NCBI GenBank assembly: GCA_036338695.1
Contig: JAYZBQ010000051.1
Location: 1-20,096 of the forward strand
Source of the DNA: Myxococcota bacterium
GTDB lineage: Bacteria; Myxococcota; UBA4151
DNA: 20,096 nucleotides
Reading direction: 5' to 3'
The translations under genes were made by a program, and so were the position numbers. This document shows, in pieces, positions 15,645-20,096 of this stretch (position 1 is the stretch's first letter; the number at the start of each line of letters is the position of its first letter). Under the pieces are notes generated by a model. It was given only the letters and a program-made list of their open reading frames with translations, had not been told where the DNA came from and did no database searches.

Positions 15645-17228
15645 ATGAAGAATTCCCTGATTCTAGGCCTGAGCCTGAGTCTGGTCGCTTGTAATTGCTC
15701 GGAGGGCGGCGGGAACGCCGCTGCGGGCGCAGCCACGCCCAAGGCGCTCGACAGCCTGTTGGCAGCGATGCCGTCGAAGGACGCCGGCTTGGTCGTCGCC
15801 GTCCACGACGTCAAGGGCGCGCTCGAGGGCCTCAACGTCCAGGTCGACCGCCTGGCGGGGGCGATCGACGACCCCGCTAAGATCCGCGCAGCGGTCACCG
15901 ATCGCTTCGGGTTTTCGCCCTTTGATGTGGCCGGTTGGGCGGCAGCGGGCGTGGACACCAGCGGCGGCGTGGGTGTGTGGTTTGGCGGCGAGGGCAAGGT
16001 CGAGAAGTGGTCGGCGCTGGTGATGGTCGCCGTGGCCGATCAAGCCAAGCTGCTCGAGACGGTCAAGCGCCTCGCCAAGCGTGAGGGCGCCATGGACGTG
16101 GGCGAGAAGGTCGCCCATGAAGGCGGCGAGTGGTACCCCTTCCAGCGCACCCTCGGGCAGCGCACCACCGAAGACGGCGGGCTCTTTATCCGTGGCGGTC
16201 AGGCGGTGCTCACCACCGGCAACAAAGACGTCGTGGCGCGCCTGGGCAAAGACAGCCCGCGCATGAGCGCAGACGCTGCGTTCAAGGAGATGGTGGCGCA
16301 GCTTCCGGGCAAGGGTCAGGCGGTGATCTACGGCTCGCGCAAGCTCAGCATCAGCCAGCTCGACGCCGCCGAGGCGGTGCCCGGGCTCGAGGGCGACGGC
16401 TGGGCCGCTGCGGTCTCGGCGACGCCACAAAAGATGGAGGTGCACAGCGCCTCGAAGTCGGACGGCAAAGCGCTCGAAGAGCTCAAGAAGCTGATCCCCG
16501 AGCCGCTGCCGGTGCCGGCGATTCCCGCCAAGGCGCTCGCCGCGTGGCAGCAAAGCACCGACGCCAAGGCGATCATCGCCTTGTTTGCGCAGACCCCGCA
16601 GTTTGCGCGGGCGCTCAACCAGCTTGAGACCGGCCTGAAAGGCATGGGCTTGGACCTGCACGACGACGTGCTCAAGCCCTTTGGGACCACCTTCTCGGCT
16701 TGGCTGGGCGTCGGCAGCGACGCGACCAGCCCCTTCTTGCTGCTCGGGACGGCCTTCGCCGGGATCGACATCGCCGGCGGCGAGCCGCAGAAATTCGTCG
16801 ACACCGTCAAGAAGGTGCTCGAGACCGCCGGCGCGCCGGTGCCCGGTCTCACGGGCGTACCCAACGGCTGTGACTTCAAGCACCAGCTCGGGACCCTCAC
16901 CATCCGCGCCGAGAAAGAGGGCAACCGCCTGAGCGCACGCTTTGGCGAGGCGCCCAAAGAGACCCTGGCGGCGACCCGCCCGGCAGCCAAAGGCTTGGCG
17001 CTGAGCAAGGACCAAGCCTCGGCCGTCTGGGTGGACTTCCAGGGCTTGGCGAAGGCGGCGAAGGTGGGCGGCTCGCTCGCAGGGCAGAGCCCCTTGGCTG
17101 CGATCGTCGACAAGGTCGCTGCGGCGATCGGACAGTACGATCACCTGATGGTCACCAGCGGTCAAAAAGGGAAGTTCCAGATGAGCCACGGCGCGCTCGT
17201 GATGAAGGTACCCGCCGCCGGCAAATGA
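15645..17228 (+). CDS. Lipoprotein of unknown function (527 aa)
   Basis: ATG 15645 follows GGAG; MKNSLILGLSLSLVA-C has a lipobox with Cys16 at 15690-15692. No further TM segments or catalytic motifs recognised. Confidence 0.85.
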   Translation: MKNSLILGLSLSLVACNCSEGGGNAAAGAATPKALDSLLAAMPSKDAGLVVAVHDVKGALEGLNVQVDRLAGAIDDPAKIRAAVTDRFGFSPFDVAGWAAAGVDTSGGVGVWFGGEGKVEKWSALVMVAVADQAKLLETVKRLAKREGAMDVGEKVAHEGGEWYPFQRTLGQRTTEDGGLFIRGGQAVLTTGNKDVVARLGKDSPRMSADAAFKEMVAQLPGKGQAVIYGSRKLSISQLDAAEAVPGLEGDGWAAAVSATPQKMEVHSASKSDGKALEELKKLIPEPLPVPAIPAKALAAWQQSTDAKAIIALFAQTPQFARALNQLETGLKGMGLDLHDDVLKPFGTTFSAWLGVGSDATSPFLLLGTAFAGIDIAGGEPQKFVDTVKKVLETAGAPVPGLTGVPNGCDFKHQLGTLTIRAEKEGNRLSARFGEAPKETLAATRPAAKGLALSKDQASAVWVDFQGLAKAAKVGGSLAGQSPLAAIVDKVAAAIGQYDHLMVTSGQKGKFQMSHGALVMKVPAAGK

Positions 17229-17872
17229 TTCGCTTAGCGGGGCTGTCCAGACGCTTTGGCGACCGGGTCATCTTGGACCAGGTCGACTTAGAGGTCGCTG
17301 CCGGTGAGGTGGTGGCGGTGCTGGGCGCGTCCGGCGCGGGTAAATCCACCTTGCTGCGCATCGTCGGCGGCCTGGACCGCGCCTACAGCGGCCGCGCCGA
17401 GGTGGACGGGCAGGACCTCGCGACCATGAGCGACGCCGAGCTCACCGAGCTGCGGGCGCAGAGCGTGGGCATGGTGTTTCAGCGCTTTCACCTGCTGGCG
17501 CACCTGAGCGCTGCGCAGAACGTCGAGCTGCCCGGCTTGTTCGGCGGACCAGCCGGGGCGCGCGCCGAGGCGCTGCTCGAGGCGGTCGGCCTGGGCGGGC
17601 GCGGCGCCGAGATGCCCGAGCGCCTCAGCGGCGGTGAGTGCCAGCGGCTGGCGGTGGCGCGGGCGCTGCGCAACCAGCCCAAGGTCCTGCTCGCCGACGA
17701 GCCCACCGGGAACCTCGACGAGGTCTCGGGCGCGGCGGTGATCGAGCGCCTAAGCTCCCTGGCGCGCACCAGCGGCGCGGCGAGCCTGTGGGTCACCCAC
17801 GAGGCGCGCGTCGCCGAGGCTGCCGATCGGGTGGTGCGGTTGGTCGACGGCCGCCTGGAGCCGTCGTCATGA
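17225..17872 (+). CDS. ABC transporter ATP-binding protein, LolD/MacB/FtsE-like
   Basis: Walker A GASGAGKS, Q-loop GMVFQRFHLL, signature LSGGECQR, Walker B/D-loop VLLADEPTGNLD, H-switch VTH. ATGA overlap with the lipoprotein stop. Confidence 0.95.
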   Translation: MIRLAGLSRRFGDRVILDQVDLEVAAGEVVAVLGASGAGKSTLLRIVGGLDRAYSGRAEVDGQDLATMSDAELTELRAQSVGMVFQRFHLLAHLSAAQNVELPGLFGGPAGARAEALLEAVGLGGRGAEMPERLSGGECQRLAVARALRNQPKVLLADEPTGNLDEVSGAAVIERLSSLARTSGAASLWVTHEARVAEAADRVVRLVDGRLEPSS

Positions 17873-19161
17873 GGGGCTTTGGCGGCCTGCTGCGCGGCAG
17901 CGTACGCCGGGACCTCGGGCCGCTCTTGGTGAGTGGCCTCGGGATCATGGTCGGCGTCGCCGCCTTGGTGTTTTTCTTAAGGCTGGGCTTGGGCGCCAAA
18001 GAGCACATCTTTGAGGACCTGATGGGTCAGCTGCCGGTGGGGACGCTCGAGCTCAAAGCCGAGAAGGGCACGGCGCTGCTGGGGTTTTTGACCGGCAGCA
18101 AGGCGCAGGGGATGGGGCCGACCATCGCCGCGCCGCACCTTGAGGAGCTGCGGGGTCTGCCGGCGGTCAAGACCGTGCACGAGCGGCTGCGCGTGGACTT
18201 CCCGATGATCGCTTGGGGGCTGCAAAAGGAGCTGCGCCTGCCCAAGCCCATGGCGGTGGACGTTTTTGCGAGCGGTCTGCCCGAAGCCTACGTCGCCAAG
18301 GACGTCTCGGAGGGCTACGAGTTCGTGGACCCGGGCAAGGGCAAGCCGATCCCGGTCTTGGTCTCTAAGCGCTTGGTCGCCATGGCGAACAGCGCGCTGG
18401 CGGCGACCTTGCGTATTGAGCTCACGCCCAAGCTGATCTCGGGGCTGACCTACAACGTCCAGCTCGGCCGCTCGTTCATGACGGGCAGCCGCAAGGACCC
18501 GCGCGCTCGGGTGGTGACCTGTCAGGTGGTTGGGGTCTCGGACCGCGCCACCACCTTGGGTTTCTCGGTGCCGGCGGCGGTGGCGGCGCGCTGGAACGAG
18601 GAGTTCGGGCGCCCGGCGCGCCCGGTCGAGACCGCCTGGGTGGAGCTCACCGAGCCGCAGCGCATGGGCGAGGTGGTCACCGCGGCGCGCGCATTGGGCG
18701 TAGCGGTCGATGAGAGCCAGCGCATGGTAGCGGTGGCGCTCGACGCCGCCTTAGCGATCTTGTTGTTGGTCGCAGGCGTCTTGCTCAGCTTGGCGGCGAT
18801 GATCATCGCCCAGACCTTCTACGCTCGCGTGGCGCTGCGGCGCGCCGAGTACGCCTTGTACCGCGCGCTGGGCGCCAAGCGCTCCACGGTGATCGCCGTG
18901 GTCTTAGCCGAAGCCGCCGGCGTGGGGCTGCTCTGCGGCGTCTTGGGCGTCGCCTTAGCCTTGGGCCTCGGTGGCTGGGTTGAGACCCAAGCCCTGCTCG
19001 CAGCAGCCGAGCTGCCGCTGGCGCCGACGGCGCTGCTGTCCGAGCCGCTGCTGCCTGCGGCGGTCGGTGTGGTCGTGGCGGTCGGCTTCGCCGTGCTCGG
19101 GGCCGCACGGCCTGCGATCCAAGCAGCCACCGCCGATCCCGCGCAGGGCTTAGGGCTCTAG
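17869..19161 (+). CDS. ABC transporter permease, FtsX/MacB/LolC-E-like (type VII; 4 TM with a large periplasmic domain)
   Basis: Likely true start is ATG 17869 (ATGA overlap with the ATPase stop), not the track's 17638. TM1 LLVSGLGIMVGVAALVFF, then a long soluble domain, then three TMs with the FtsX-type motif RRAEYALYRALGAKRSTVIAVVLAEA. Confidence 0.92.
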   Translation: MRGFGGLLRGSVRRDLGPLLVSGLGIMVGVAALVFFLRLGLGAKEHIFEDLMGQLPVGTLELKAEKGTALLGFLTGSKAQGMGPTIAAPHLEELRGLPAVKTVHERLRVDFPMIAWGLQKELRLPKPMAVDVFASGLPEAYVAKDVSEGYEFVDPGKGKPIPVLVSKRLVAMANSALAATLRIELTPKLISGLTYNVQLGRSFMTGSRKDPRARVVTCQVVGVSDRATTLGFSVPAAVAARWNEEFGRPARPVETAWVELTEPQRMGEVVTAARALGVAVDESQRMVAVALDAALAILLLVAGVLLSLAAMIIAQTFYARVALRRAEYALYRALGAKRSTVIAVVLAEAAGVGLLCGVLGVALALGLGGWVETQALLAAAELPLAPTALLSEPLLPAAVGVVVAVGFAVLGAARPAIQAATADPAQGLGL

Positions 19162-19209
19162 CGCTAGGGCGTCTGTTCAAGCCGGCGGCGCCTCGCTATA
19201 GCGGCGAGC

Positions 19210-20096
19210 ATGAAGACCGCCGCACGCCTCTCTACGTTGGCCCTTGCGCTCAGCGCCTGCTCGCAGGGCGCGCTGCCGAGCTTGCCGTCTGAACAAAGCG
19301 TGCCGACGCCGACCCTGCTCGAGGTCGCCGAGCTCGAGGGCGCCCTGAGCGCCGGCGACTGGACCAACCTGTCGGTGCGGGTGCTCGATCAGTTCGACGA
19401 GCCGATGGCGGGGCAGGTGGTGACCGCGCAGGTGCAGGTGCCCGAGGGGGAGCGCCCGGGCTTGGTGCCGGGCTTGGGCAACACTTGCCGCACCGGCGTG
19501 GCCGGCGAGCGCTGCGCCATCGCCCTGCGCAGCGAGGGGCCGGTGGGGCGCTACACCGTGGCGCTGTCCACCGGCGCGCTGCCGGCGGTTGAGCGCAGCG
19601 TGGAGGTCGTCGCCAACCGCGCGCGGGCGCGGCTTGAGCTCGGTCGAGACGGCGCCGAAGCCTTTTTCTTCGCCAACGGCCAGCCGGACAGCTTGCGGTT
19701 TCGTGACCCGGTGCGCTTGGGCGCAGGCGGTGAGCCGACCGAGCTGCGGCTGCGGCTGATCGACGCCTTTGAGAACCCGATCGAGGCGCAGGTCACCGCC
19801 GAGGTCGCGGGTGGCTTGGGCGGGGGTGCGCGCCGACCGGACGCCGGCGCGCCCGACGCCAGCGAGGAGAGCCCGGGGGACGCCGGCGACGCCTTGGCGG
19901 CCGACGCAGGTACGCCCGACGCCGCGCCCGAAAGCCAAGGTGATGGCGACAAGGTCCTGGTCTCGCTGGGGGCCGACTGCGATGAGCCCAGCGAGCGCCG
20001 CGCCGAGGCGGATACCGACGCGCGCGGCCGGCTGCGGCTGTGCCTTGCGGGCGGTGAGGTCATGGGCCTGGCGCAGGTGGCGATCCGCGTTGCCGG
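19210..20096 (+). CDS. Lipoprotein with bacterial Ig-like (invasin/intimin Big-type) repeats; 3' end lies outside the window
   Basis: Translated by hand, as it is not in the ORF track: MKTAARLSTLALALSA-C (Cys17 at 19258-19260), open to the window end. Contains SVRVLDQFDEPMAGQVV, RLRLIDAFENPIEAQV and DTDARGRL, resembling the Big-domain pattern VxVxDxxGNP..TDxxG. Confidence 0.82.
   Translation, partial: MKTAARLSTLALALSACSQGALPSLPSEQSVPTPTLLEVAELEGALSAGDWTNLSVRVLDQFDEPMAGQVVTAQVQVPEGERPGLVPGLGNTCRTGVAGERCAIALRSEGPVGRYTVALSTGALPAVERSVEVVANRARARLELGRDGAEAFFFANGQPDSLRFRDPVRLGAGGEPTELRLRLIDAFENPIEAQVTAEVAGGLGGGARRPDAGAPDASEESPGDAGDALAADAGTPDAAPESQGDGDKVLVSLGADCDEPSERRAEADTDARGRLRLCLAGGEVMGLAQVAIRVA
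19837..19950 (+). repeat. Imperfect (P/G/A)-D-A-(G/S/A/L) low-complexity coding repeat
   Basis: PDAG-APDAS-EESP-GDAG-DAL-AADAG-TPDAA; GACGC[C/A] occurs six times within about 85 nt. Confidence 0.65.

Noticed and set aside
17638..17868. 77-aa N-terminal extension of the permease in the ORF track
   Set aside because: It overlaps the ATPase in another frame; the ATGA-coupled start at 17869 gives a normal-looking permease.

Overview
All supported genes lie on the + strand of a high-GC bacterial chromosome. The lineage is probably Myxococcota or another deltaproteobacterial-type group (inference from an MXAN_5187-like protein, PDAG-rich lipoprotein linkers and proteobacterial-type RNAP insertions). 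Bases 1-12423 hold the core cluster tuf (3' end)-tRNA-Trp-secE-nusG-rplK-rplA-rplJ-rplL-rpoB-rpoC. It includes a probable L1-binding site, an L10 leader, a hairpin between rplL and rpoB, and a terminator after rpoC. Bases 12488-19161 form a tightly coupled six-gene envelope operon of unknown function: an exported cupredoxin-like protein lacking most copper ligands and ending in 18 K/R residues, an MXAN_5187-like two-TM protein, an exported START-domain protein, a 527-aa lipoprotein, and a LolD/MacB-like ATPase plus a 4-TM FtsX/MacB-type permease. This operon is the best candidate for an undescribed system, possibly lipid or lipoprotein trafficking. A lipoprotein with Ig-like repeats, absent from the ORF track, starts at 19210 and runs off the window. 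The core genes carry a few oddities: a 12-aa insertion in EF-Tu domain III, a K527M-equivalent change in the RpoB rifampicin pocket, and no rpmG. All family assignments come from motif recognition by eye, not database searches.
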